From positions 321,098,001 to 321,162,000 of the forward strand of contig OZ024742.1 in the NCBI GenBank assembly GCA_964016885.1: 64,000 nt of DNA, in the 5' to 3' direction. This document shows positions 1 to 11,759 of this stretch, piece by piece (position 1 is the stretch's first letter; every line of letters starts with the position of its first letter). The translations under genes and the position numbers were made by a program. This DNA comes from Eledone cirrhosa. Taxonomy: Eukaryota. The notes below the pieces were generated by a model that searched no databases, was not told the DNA's origin, and worked only from the letters and a program-made list of their open reading frames with translations.

Positions 1-19
1 TATAAATAAAATTATGAGT

Positions 20-345
20 GTCACGTGAACAAGTATATTAAATTTCGCGCCCGTATTCTGGAATTTTGTTATAGCCATTTAGAGAATTTTGTGCCAAACA
101 AAAGATAAGGGTCAAGAAAAAGGGATGGGGAGAGTTGTTCTGAGTATGACTGATGTGCTGAAATGTAATTTGATTGGTTATAAATGAAATTATTATTGTC
201 ACGTGAACATATAATTAAATTTCGCGCCCGTATTTGGGAATTTATTTTGTAGCCCTTTAGAGAATTTTTTGCCAAACAAATGGTCAAGAAAAATGGGATG
301 GGGAGAATTATTCTGGTTCAGTGAATATGGCTGGTATGCTGGAGT
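20..345. repeat. Two diverged tandem copies of a ~178-bp unit
   Basis: GTCACGTGAACA..AAATTTCGCGCCCGTATT..TTTAGAGAATTTT..GGTCAAGAAAAA starts at 20 and again at 198. Confidence 0.8.
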
Positions 346-724
346 GTCAGAATTCAGACTTTCTATTGAAATAAAGAAAGTAGAGATATGTATGTTTATT
401 TGTGTGCTTGTGTGTGTGTGTGGGAAGATGATTCTATTAGAAGAAATGGGGGAGGGAGTTGTGTGTGTATGGGTGTTATGTGTGTGTGTATGTGTGTGTG
501 GGAGTATGGTTAGCATGTTAAGATGGAGAGAATATATATATTTTGTGTGTGTGTGTAAAACAGAAGTAACATTCAAAGACCAACCAAATGTGAGAAAAAC
601 CACAGACCCTCCATTTCAATTCTACTTTTGAAAAGCAGAAGAACTGCGAAACCGGCAAAGGAACCAAATTAATATATATTTAAAAAAAAAAGACTCCAGT
701 TGCATTTTCGATTTCATCTTTTTT

Positions 725-786
<62 letters not shown>

Positions 787-1218
787 GGGGGGGGGGTGAG
801 TATGTGTGTGCCTATAAATAATTATTTTCTTGTGTGTTTTTTGGTATGTATTTATGTGTGTGAGTGTATGTGTGTGATAGAATGTCTGTATGTGCATGAG
901 TGTGTGTGCGAGCTTGTGTGTGAGTGTATAAGTTCGTGTGTGTGCGTGTGTTTGAAGAACCAAATATATTTTTTCAATGAATTGAACAATAATAAACACA
1001 ATTATAAATATCAATAACAATATCAACAATAACTAAAACAATAACTACAATCAGCAAGGAAGCCATAGTTTCATTGATTGTGTTGCTAGAAATAACAGAT
1101 TAATCTCTCTCAAATCACACATTGAAATAAAAGGAAAAACACAGGACAATATAGTTTCAGATATATAAAAAATGATGGCTCAATCACGGGTAGAACGGCT
1201 TGAATCACATGTCTATTA

Positions 1219-1380
1219 CAGAGGTTCTCAAACTTTTGGGGCCACACCCCTCACGACAACGTATACCCCGCCCACCAACCATATTTCAAGAGAGAGACAT
1301 GAAAATTGTAAATCATATATCAATAAATATACCTACTCAACGCCCCCCGGGGGCCGTAGCGCCCACTTTGAGAAGCTCTG
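1219..1380. mobile_element. hAT (Charlie-like) MITE, 162 bp
   Basis: Imperfect TIRs CAGAGGTTCTCAAA / TTTGAGAAGCTCTG; 8-bp TSD GTCTATTA (1211-1218) / GTCTACTA (1381-1388). Confidence 0.85.
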
Positions 1381-1433
1381 GTCTACTAGATTAAGTCTGA
1401 TATTGGGCTAAACAACAACTTCCGTATATTTCC

Positions 1434-2050
1434 AGTGGATTGGCAGTAATGGTAGAACATCAGACACCATGCTTTGCAGCATACAGTTATGGCCCTTTAC
1501 GTTCTGAGTACAAATCCCACCGAGGTTAACTTTATCTTTCTTCCTTACGGTGCCGATAAAATAAAGTACCAGTAATGAACTGGGGTAATTGCTGGCCTTG
1601 TGCCAAAAGTAGAAACAATTATTTCATTATTATTGCATTAGTATTGACAGCGTTGATGGCATTGAATTGGTAGAATCGGTAGAGCGTCGGACATCATACT
1701 TACCTCCATATGCTTTGCGGCATATAATTACCTCCCTTTACGTTCTGAAGTCAAATCCCACCGAGCTTAGCTTTGCCTTTCATCCTTACGGGGTCGATAA
1801 AATAAAGTAAAAGTAACACACTGGTGTCGATTTAATTGACTTTCCCATTTCCCTAAAATTGTTGGCAGTGTGCCTAAATCAGGTCGGTGGATTAGGAGAA
1901 TCATTAGAACGTCAGACAAAATGTTTTACGGCGTTTAATAATGGCTCTTTCAGTCAGGGTTCAAATCTGGTCGAGGTCAACTTTAGCTCACCTTCTAGGC
2001 AAGATATAATATAGTATCTGTCACGTACTGGTTCGTTTTAATCGACTTTT
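1434..2050 (+). mobile_element. Three tandem diverged copies of tRNA-derived SINE family A (~1434, ~1663, ~1885)
   Basis: A-box-like TGGCAGTAATGG, B-box-like GTTCAAATC, core CCGAGGTTAACTTTGCCTTTCATCC..GGTCGATAAAATAAAGTACCAGT shared with about ten other copies in the window. Confidence 0.8.
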
Positions 2051-2059
2051 TGAAGTCTA

Positions 2060-2336
2060 AAATCGGCCTAAAGCCCCAAGGCTCATTAGGCCGGTGCTTA
2101 ACCGGATTTCCTTGACATTAAGTGACTGAGGGTACAAGACTCACTCCTAGACATGACGCCAGTCAATAGCCGGGTTAAACCCCCAATTGTTGCTGGTACT
2201 TATTTTCAGCTAAGTATAATGGAGCAACGTGAAATGAAGTGTTTTGTTCAAGAACACACAACACAGTCCAGGAATTGAACACACGACATTATGATCGTAA
2301 GTCCAAGACAACAACCACTAGCCCATGCGCCTTCAC
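2060..2336 (-). mobile_element. tRNA-derived SINE family B
   Basis: Reverse complement aligns with 62251-62530 and 22433-22707. Confidence 0.8.
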
Positions 2337-2641
2337 TTAATCGAGTATACCCACTCCAAATTGTATTTTAATTAGGAACTACTACTATTGTATTTGCTGT
2401 TATTTATATTTACTGCTAGGTCATCACTGATCTATGACTAACGGCGTTCCAGCTATGACAATCCCGTCATTTGAATATCACTATTTACATTGTCTTGGTG
2501 TATCTTTCCTTCTTCATTCCGACGGATGACTGTGTATATATAACAGAGGATGTATTGTCCAGCGTGTCTTTCCTATTTGTAAGAAAGTAGGATATGATTT
2601 CGGGGATATTTTTCTGCTGCTACGAATATATATATATATAT

Positions 2642-2714
2642 AAATGGAAGCTTTCACCGTATTTTTTACTAAAGAAATTTTAGCTAAACTTTCTTTAGTA
2701 AAAAATACACCAAA

Positions 2715-2764
<50 letters not shown>

Positions 2765-2841
2765 AGCTTTTGCTGTATTTTTTACTAAAGAAAGTTTATC
2801 TAAAATTTCTTTAGTCAAACATACGGCGAAAGCTTCCATTT
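2642..2841. repeat. Inverted duplicate pair of self-palindromic ~75-bp units separated by (TA)n
   Basis: AAATGGAAGCTTTC..TTTTTTACTAAAGAAA..TTTCTTTAGTAAAAAA (2642-2720) is the reverse complement of 2763-2841. Confidence 0.8.
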
Positions 2842-2873
2842 CTATTTTCAAACTCTCTCGCTGTTTCAAAACA

Positions 2874-2919
<46 letters not shown>

Positions 2920-2922
2920 TAT

Positions 2923-3021
<99 letters not shown>

Positions 3022-3463
3022 TGAATATATACATATATTAAGACCTTAATCACGCAGGGCAACTTTTCAAATTCATATCTATTTAAACTTTACACCGCCT
3101 GCGAACTATTCTTTTCTCTCTCTCTCCCTCTCTCCCTCTCTCTCTGTTCATCCCGTGTTGTGTCTGTCTATATAGGACTTATGTCAAAACGAGTAATTTA
3201 TTTCTATTAATGTTTGTATATTCTCTGTCTATTCCACCTCTTTCCCATTTCGCCTTCTGTGCATACATTTTCTTATTGGCTAATATGTTGGGGTTTGTAT
3301 CTCTTCTTTCTAGTTGCACAACATTGGTTTGTAGCTAATTTTATTGCATTTTAAATAGTCAAAAGACCAATCACCATGTCTTGTGTCCAATTGTTAGTGT
3401 CCCATGTGCACTGGAGCTAGTTGTATCGACCTTAACGGATCGAAAGCCCAATGGTCGACTGGT

Positions 3464-3520
3464 GAGAAAGGATTGACCTGTGTTTCGTCCGGTTTTCCGT
3501 TGTCTTCGCTCACCTTTTTC
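3464..3520 (-). ncRNA. Degenerate type I hammerhead-like motif
   Basis: Minus strand: GCGAAGA caacggaaaaccggac GAAA cacagg TC. The first core box is mutated and stem II is only partly paired. Confidence 0.4.
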
Positions 3521-3545
3521 ATTTATTTTATATGATCTTAGCAAC

Positions 3546-3601
<56 letters not shown>

Positions 3602-3785
3602 GTCGCTAAGATCATATATATATATATATATATATATAAGAATATATATATACTTTTATGAAGTGTAGTTGTCTGGATGTTATTGTTTTTCGTAGACAAC
3701 AGAACATGGTGGTTTTCAGTATCTTGTTAGCCTGGCCAAGGCTTACGATATTTCGTTTCTGAATTTGTTTAAACAAATTCAGAAA

Positions 3786-3874
<89 letters not shown>

Positions 3875-3875
3875 A

Positions 3876-3906
<31 letters not shown>

Positions 3907-4005
3907 CACATACACCAATTAAACAAAGTTACAGGGATATATGTGTTTTGGCAACTTTTCACGATGTGGCTCAATGGAGAATTAATAAATTAATCAAAGC
4001 GAAAT

Positions 4006-4417
4006 ACTATAGAGTAAAGCATGTCCAGAGAATTATTTGATAATATATATACATCATCTCTACTCCCAATCAGCATAATTAACCACACAAAAAATCAATT
4101 AGACCAGACTATAAGAATAAAAGGCATCTATGAAGAAACAGTAAATAAATACGCTATCGTGGCGTCTTCGCGTGCAACCGCTATAGAATATTTACCCAAC
4201 ATTTCAACAGCACGTGGAAATTAATTAAATATACGGTCAACCATAGATAATTAGCGAAGACGCCACGATAGCGTATTTATTTACTGTTTCTTCATAGATG
4301 CCTTTTATTCTTATAGCCTGGTCCAGTTGATTTTTGTGTGGTTAATTATGCTGATTGGGAGTAGAGATGTTGTATATATATTATCAAATAATTCTCTGGA
4401 CATGCTTTACTCTATAG

Positions 4418-4419
<2 letters not shown>
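4006..4419. repeat. Fold-back: ~165-bp inverted arms with ~83-bp spacer
   Basis: 4006-4171 is nearly the exact reverse complement of 4255-4419; flanked by (TA)n. Confidence 0.9.
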
Positions 4420-4453
<34 letters not shown>

Positions 4454-4454
4454 C

Positions 4455-4519
<65 letters not shown>

Positions 4520-4560
4520 GAAATGACAGGAGGCTGGATTTGTGTAAATCCTTGAAAGGT

Positions 4561-4636
4561 TTATTATACTATGATCATTTCAATGACCGGGTTCCGTATG
4601 AATCCGGTGATATCATCAGGTATTCGAAATATAATA
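4561..4636 (-). ncRNA. Type I hammerhead ribozyme
   Basis: Minus strand: tattat..tac CTGATGA t atcaccggattc-atacg-gaacccggtcat t GAAA tgatca TA gtataata. Core intact, long stem II, palindromic stem III loop, stem I with an internal bulge. Confidence 0.8.
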
Positions 4637-4904
4637 CGTGAATGTAATAGATAAAATCCATGGGGCTGAAAATCGAGGACCCGAGGGCGACCGCTATTCT
4701 GTTCCTTCAACCTCAGCCGGTCGCCCTGTCATTTCATTATAATATTTAACTCCGTAATAGCACCACCAACTACAAAAACAAAGACGGTTGAACTGCTTTA
4801 CGTTGAGTACTCTCTATATTATTGCATTACGATTGACCATACGGAATAGACCAGCTCTATACAGTGGTGAACCTCAAACCTGAATATATACATGTATATA
4901 TATA

Positions 4905-5975
4905 TTCTTATTCGCCCACTTATTTTCCGGGAGGGTTGTTGGGCCAGAGTCCTCAAACATTCCTTCCGTTGGGTCCTGTCAGAAGCAATCGTTTTGAAAA
5001 TTTGGGATTATCACCCCCCCCCCCCCCCCCGATTACCGTTGCTTAGGTGCCTTTCCAGAGATCCAGGTCACCCGGTACAAACGAGTCAGTTACAGAATAC
5101 CTTCTCTATTTAAAGCTTTTAACATCTCGGGCCGAATTTCATCATCCCCAGTGACCTTGCCACAGTTGAGCTCTTTAATTGCTCTTGTGTCCTCAACCTC
5201 CGAAAGATTAGTCATCACTCCCAGATGCATCTCGTGTAGATTAGAACATGCTGTTGAGATCGGGTTTAGGAGAGCAACAAATTATTCTCTCCTCTTCGCG
5301 AGGATGTATCTGTTTGAAGAGAGGAGAACCACGGGCGCATTCCTGATAATAAGTGTGGAGGAGTATTTCTTATTACGAAGATGGCTGATGGTCTGCCAGA
5401 ACACTTTATTTATTAATCTGAAGTCGGATTCCAGCTTAAGCCCAAAGTCCTCCCATATCTTAACTTTGAACGCCTTTACTGTCTCTGCTGCGATTATTCG
5501 TGCCTGCTTGTATCGCAAGTACAAGAAGGAGGACATATTTCCAAGTCAAGCTTTGTAAGCCTCCTTCTTTGCTCAGATGACATTTTTTACCTCTTGATTG
5601 AACCTAGGCGTTCTCCTACAATCCGCCACACCACCAAGCCTCTATCGCCTGCAGCATTTAACAGGTGACACAGAAACTGCTGAGCTGAACAATCTCCACT
5701 CGATTTCAACGCCCTAAGTTTGTTTAATGAGTTCTCTGAATATGGATGCAATAGTATCCACAAACCTAGGCCTGCCTTCCTTATCCACCAACGTTTCCCA
5801 CTTCATTCTGTAGGTCGGCCTGGACCAGTCAGTTTTGTAGGCTTCTTTGGCTTTAGGTAGACTCAAGTTGCAGATAACTAGATGGTGATCAGTTGACAGC
5901 TCAGTCACTCTCTTAATACAATCATCCCCTGCAGAATCGAAGAGATCAGAGACAATAATGAAATCAATTACTGAT
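4905..5975 (-). mobile_element. Internally deleted, degenerate RTE-clade LINE
   Basis: APE C-terminal STDHHLV motif, linker and DEIRPEMLKAL, joined directly to a 3' end homologous to 18683-18800; RT domain absent. Confidence 0.75.
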
Positions 5976-6042
5976 TATGTATATATATATATATGTGTGC
6001 GCGTGTGTGTGTGTGTTTATACACACATACACACATGCATAC

Positions 6043-6096
<54 letters not shown>

Positions 6097-6194
6097 ATAC
6101 ACACACACACACATATATATATATATAGGTGTGTATGTGTGTGTTTGTATGTGTGTGTGTGTGTATATATTATATATATGTTTGTGTGTGTGTA

Positions 6195-7399
6195 TGTCCA
6201 GGTTTACATTAGGTTTACATGAGGTATCGCACTTCAGGAAGGTTGTTCAAAATCAGGCGTTTTGGTGCAAATACAAAGGTATTAACATCTATAATCCGAG
6301 AGTTTTTGTGTGCAGATGACTGCGATCTTTTTCCACACTCACAAAGTGACATGCAGCATATTATGAACTCTTTTTCTGAAGCTTGCAGCGCTTTGGGCCT
6401 CACATTAGCTTGGAAAAGTCTGTTGTGATGTACCAGTCAACACCTGGGAAAGAATACACTACAATACAAGTGAGTACGTGTATGGAAAAAGGCTAAGTTT
6501 GTGTACCTTGGTAGTACATTGAACAATTCATGCAAACTTGATGAGATATTCTTAAGAATCAAGAAAGCCAGTGATGCTTTTGGACGGCTGAGGTATCACC
6601 ATTGAAACCAAGGTAAAAGTGTATCTGACTTTTGTCACCTCCTCTTTGCTTTATGCTTGTAAAACGTGGGTCACATACAGAAAGCACCCCAATTTCACCA
6701 ACAATCTCTTCGTAAGATACTTGGTGTGCGATGGAAAATATTGGTCAGTGATTTTAAAATTCTCGAACGGAGTAGGTGCATGAGTATGGAGAGCATGATC
6801 TTTCGGCATCGGTTGAGGTGGTGCGGTCACGTGGTCCGGATGTCTGATGATCGTATTCCAAAGTAACTTCTCTACAGTGAACTTTGCGAAGGAAGGCGAC
6901 CACCACACAAACTTAAAATATGGCACCTTGGCTTGCGCTGGAATTTCATCTGACTAGTGGGAGAAAATGGCATGTGAAGTGGAGACGTTTGATCAAGTCA
7001 GGTGAACACTTTGAAACTCGGCGATGAGAACACCTAACACTGAAAAAGAAGGTGAGGAAAAGAGACTGTTCTGAACTGCCTGCTGTTGAGCAACATCTGG
7101 TTTGCCAGCACTGTGGTCAAGTCTGTTTGAGCAGTCATTTCAGTAGACCTTATGTATATTATAATCTGAAAAGGTGTAAGGAATGTGGCAAGGAATGTGC
7201 AAGCGTGGGAGGTCTTAAAAAACATATAAGAACACACTGTCAGAGCCAAACAGTGGAAAGTCCTAGGGGAGCCTACAATTGTCATGTATGTGCCAGAGGG
7301 TGTAAGTCTTTGGCTGGTTTAAAGAGTCACAGTTGTGCCTCACATTTTTGACAATTTTATCAGGAGATGGCAATGCTCGAACACGAGTTTGCAGCCATC

Positions 7400-7400
<1 letters not shown>
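6195..7400 (+). mobile_element. 5'-truncated degenerate RTE LINE with C-terminal C2H2 zinc fingers
   Basis: REFLCADDCDL (RT core), [45 protein letters not shown]; multiple stops and frameshifts. Confidence 0.85.
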
Positions 7401-7489
<89 letters not shown>

Positions 7490-7731
7490 TGCGTCAACGA
7501 ATCATTCGCCTTGGTAAACGTAGCAGCAAGTGTTTGTTGTTATTTATCAATACATATTACAAACATTAATGTGTATACACACATACATACATACATGCAT
7601 GCATACATAATACATACATACATACATACATACATACATACAGTCAAACGGACAGCCAGACACACACACACGTATACATACATACATACATACATACATA
7701 CATACATACATACATACATACATACATACAT

Positions 7732-7766
<35 letters not shown>

Positions 7767-8166
7767 TCGAACTGACTGACTTGCTAAAGAGCTAAGATAG
7801 ATAAGTAAACAAATAAGTTAATAAGATAATGTCTTATTTGTCCGAATATTACGGAAATGTACTGAATAATATGTCTGAAGTCGTAGTGGTAGTGAGGTGG
7901 TGTGGTGGTGTGATGGTGGTGGTGTGGTGGTGGTGGTGTGGTGGTAGGTGGTGGTCGTGGTGGCGGTGGTGGTGTAGTGCTATAGTACTGTGATTGAGGT
8001 GTGGTGGTGAGAGGTTAACGCGGAAAACTATGTGTCTTGGATCCTGTTAGTTTTACTGTATACTGTAAAAGCCCAATGTACGAAGAAGATCCGGGTCATT
8101 AGCCGATATACGGTAGCTACAGAAACTGAAACTTTCAATGTTTGAACGTATAAGTTTGTGTATATA

Positions 8167-8557
<391 letters not shown>

Positions 8558-8562
<5 letters not shown>

Positions 8563-8688
8563 GCCGTCGAAACGGCTTGAGCTCAGCCGTCGGGGTCCTA
8601 CTCGTTTCTATTACCCACTCTACTACCCTAAGTATTGAGTACTTTGGTGCGTTATGGTCCATCTGATTCCTTACCACATTTCCTTCGC
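8558..8688 (+). mobile_element. Short PLE-like terminal fragment in (TA)n
   Basis: Inverted homolog at 9305-9497; further copies at 23230-23362 and 45294-45337; carries the ACTC..TTGAGTACT tail motif. Confidence 0.6.
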
Positions 8689-8932
8689 TATATATATATA
8701 TATATATATATGATATATATAAGAGAGTATTGAAGTTTGCTTGGAGCATTGTGGGATAATAGGTAAATATCTTTAAGTCGTTTGGAAGCCTCGACAATGC
8801 AAATGGGTAAATCTCCGGGTAACAGGATCCGGTGGTGGAGAGAGAGATGTAAGTGGGTGTATGTTGAGATGCGTGGTGTGTATAAGACGTGTAGAAGAAA
8901 GAAGGAAAGAGTATAAATATATATATATATAT

Positions 8933-8974
<42 letters not shown>

Positions 8975-9238
8975 TATATATATATATAAATATAAATCAC
9001 CGAGAATCGTATTTCGGGTTAGGAATTAACGAAAAACAACTTCCGGATGATTCAGTTGAACCAGAGCTACGACATACGTTAAAGGCCAAACACACTGAAA
9101 CGATGGTTAAACAATCATTCGCATAGCCATAAAAACGACCAATTCGGGTCAAACAAATAAAAATATATGTGATTGAAAAAATATATGTGATTATTGTGTG
9201 TATATATATATATCTATAAATATTTTGTGTATATATAT

Positions 9239-9304
<66 letters not shown>

Positions 9305-9307
<3 letters not shown>

Positions 9308-9494
9308 CGGAGGAAATGTGGTAAGGAACCAGGTGGACCATAATGCACCAAAGTACTCAATACTTAGGGTAGTAGAGTGGGTAATAGGAACGAGTAGGAC
9401 CCCGACGGCTGAGCTCAAGCCGTTTCGACGACTAATTCTGGACTGAATTAGCCGTCGAAACGGCTTGAGCTCAGCCGTCGGGGTCCTACTCGTT

Positions 9495-9497
<3 letters not shown>
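9305..9497 (-). mobile_element. Short PLE-like terminal fragment with ~50-bp fold-back
   Basis: 9385-9438 and 9446-9497 are inverted; both sides bounded by (TA)n. Confidence 0.6.
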
Positions 9498-9560
<63 letters not shown>

Positions 9561-9615
9561 CATATATATATACATATATATATACATATATATATATATA
9601 TATTTATAAATATAA

Positions 9616-9717
<102 letters not shown>

Positions 9718-9747
9718 TTATTTATAAATATAAATATATATATATAT

Positions 9748-10275
9748 ATACGATATTAAATAAATGGAAACTATATTTATAAAACCATATTTATTTCATT
9801 ATACATATTTCAGGGATACCAAATTAAAATATGGTATGCCTTCATCAGACAAAATACAATATATAAACAGTTTTATAAATAATTTTGACGTACCCTATTA
9901 GATGCGACCATTATTTTTGGAAGCTGTCTGGATAGTGAGATGTTTATAATTATTGTATTAGTTATAGCGTTAAGCACAGTTAGAAAAAAAGACGGAGAGA
10001 AAGAAAAAACGGAGAGAGAGAAGGAGAGAGAAAAAGAAGGAGAGAGAGAAAAGGAATGTATGCAGAAAAGAAAGATATATATAAATAGATAGGAGGCATA
10101 CCATATTTTAATTTGGTATCCCTGAAATATGTATAATGAAATAAATATGGTTTTATAAATATAGTTTCCATTTATTTAATATCGTATATCTACTCCAAAA
10201 ACTTGTCGAGTGCTTTATATCAGTTATAAAATATTTACTTGTTGTATCCCAACAATTTTAAATAGAACTTTTGCA
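9748..10275. mobile_element. PLE pseudo-LTR fold-back module (same family as 56236-59297)
   Basis: 9748-9840 is inverted relative to 10095-10187; the 3' tail 10190-10275 matches 57150-57236. Confidence 0.75.
9792..9856 (-). ncRNA. Type I hammerhead ribozyme
   Basis: Minus strand: tattttgt CTGATGA aggcatacca-tattttaatt-tggtatccct GAAA tatgta TA atgaaata. 8-bp stem I with 2 GU pairs; 9 of 10 stem II positions paired. Confidence 0.8.
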
Positions 10276-10504
10276 TATATATATATATATTTATATTTAT
10301 AAATATATATATATATATATATGTAGATAAATCTACCAATATATATTGTAGTATCTAATCCGTATGAAGAACTCAATGTAATCCAAATATCATGAAAAGA
10401 GAAGATGCATTCAAAAATTTTCTATAAAAATCATAGGAAAACAGAGTCAAGATAAATTAATAAAAACAATGAAATAAAAACAAAGAACAATTATATTAAA
10501 AAAT

Positions 10505-10618
10505 TCATAATTTTACGATCGTTTCTGGGATGTATATGTGTGTTGGTATGTATAAATATTACAAATTATCAGAGGAAATATACATACCTTCATATATACA
10601 TGCCGTCCTCAGAAATGA
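10505..10618 (-). ncRNA. Type I hammerhead ribozyme with extended stem II/loop
   Basis: Minus strand: tcattt CTGAGGA cggcatgtatat..~55 nt..atatacatccca GAAA cgatcg TA aaattatga. Confidence 0.7.
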
Positions 10619-11501
10619 TCAGATGTGTTTATTGAAAAAAACTAACAAAGATTTAATATAAAAGGTCTGTTTGGGAACAGGTTTTGAATTGACCAATAGA
10701 AAAGTAGTTAGAGGTCAAGTTGATAGAATAGCAGTAGTAGAAATTTAATTTAGAGTAGAGGAGTGCAGACTTATGTTTTGAATGAAAATAATACTTTGGG
10801 GATGAAAAAAGGTCAAGCCAAGAAGATAGTTAAGGGTACACGAAAATTTGATGTTATTAAAGAATAATATTAAAAACGAAGGAAAATAAAATTTTAGGGT
10901 AAGGGTATTAGTGAGAAATACCAATCTTATTTAAACCACAAAGAATCTAGATCTATAAAAAGAAATTAAATTAATTTATAGGTATACTTATAAGGATAAA
11001 TTTATATTAATTCATATGAATGTGATAAATAAGAATTAGATGTTATTAAAGAGTGTTAAAAACGAAGGAAAGTAAAATTTTGGGATAAGGATAGTAGTGA
11101 GAAATACCAATTTTATTTAAACTACAAGGAATCTAGATACATAACAGGAAATAAAATTAATTTATAGGTATTTATAGGTATTAATTTTAGGAAAAGAGTG
11201 CTGTAAGAGGGAAATAATATTATGAAGTTCTCTGTAGTAAAATACTAATTATAGGTTAACTAAATTAAAAAAACAATTATAATAAATTGTAAAATATAAG
11301 AGTAAGGTGTATATTAATTAGGTTTATAATATTTGAAGGTTCTTCTAATTCTATGATTCCAAGATATAATTAAATCCTGTCGCTTATTTAATAGGATATC
11401 CTTGGATTTCATGAGTTCTAAAAGTTCCTGGGAGCATAACCTACACTCGTATCTGTTATTTTGATAAGTGGAGTCCTTATTCATATATTGGAGCTACGTC
11501 T

Positions 11502-11756
11502 AACCAATTTAAAGTAAGATTTAATACCCACAAAGATAGTTTTAAAAATGTCGCATTAGCTAATACAACATCCTTGGCTGAAATAATTAATAATTATAGA
11601 AAGAATATCGATTACAACCTGACCTGGAGCATGCTCAAAACGGCCACCCCTTATCAAAATAGCAGATACTAGTGTAGGTTATGCTCCCAGGAACTTTTTG
11701 AAATCATGAAATCCAAGGATATCCTATTAAATAAGCGACAGGAATTAATTATATCC
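11502..11756 (+). pseudogene. PLE GIY-YIG endonuclease C-terminal fragment (one internal stop)
   Basis: Hand translation NQFKVRFNTHKDSF..TTSLAE..LTWSMLKTATPY..*CRLCSQE..LLNKRQE; colinear with 57249-57593. Confidence 0.75.
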
Positions 11757-11759
11757 TAC

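Larger units (their letters stand above)
10430..11756 (-). mobile_element. 5'-truncated Penelope-like element: GIY-YIG C-terminus, AT-rich 3' UTR with HHR, and an inverted 5' segment
   Basis: Minus strand 11315-11475 encodes YQNNRYECRLCSQELLELMKSKDILLNKRQDLIISWNHR; a longer inverted copy lies on + at 11502-11756; HHR at 10505-10618; ~190-bp tandem duplication at 10850/11040. Confidence 0.75.

Noticed and set aside
7052-7351. Host C2H2 zinc-finger gene
   Set aside because: Contiguous with the RTE RT pseudogene and repeated at 51449; it is the element's C-terminus.
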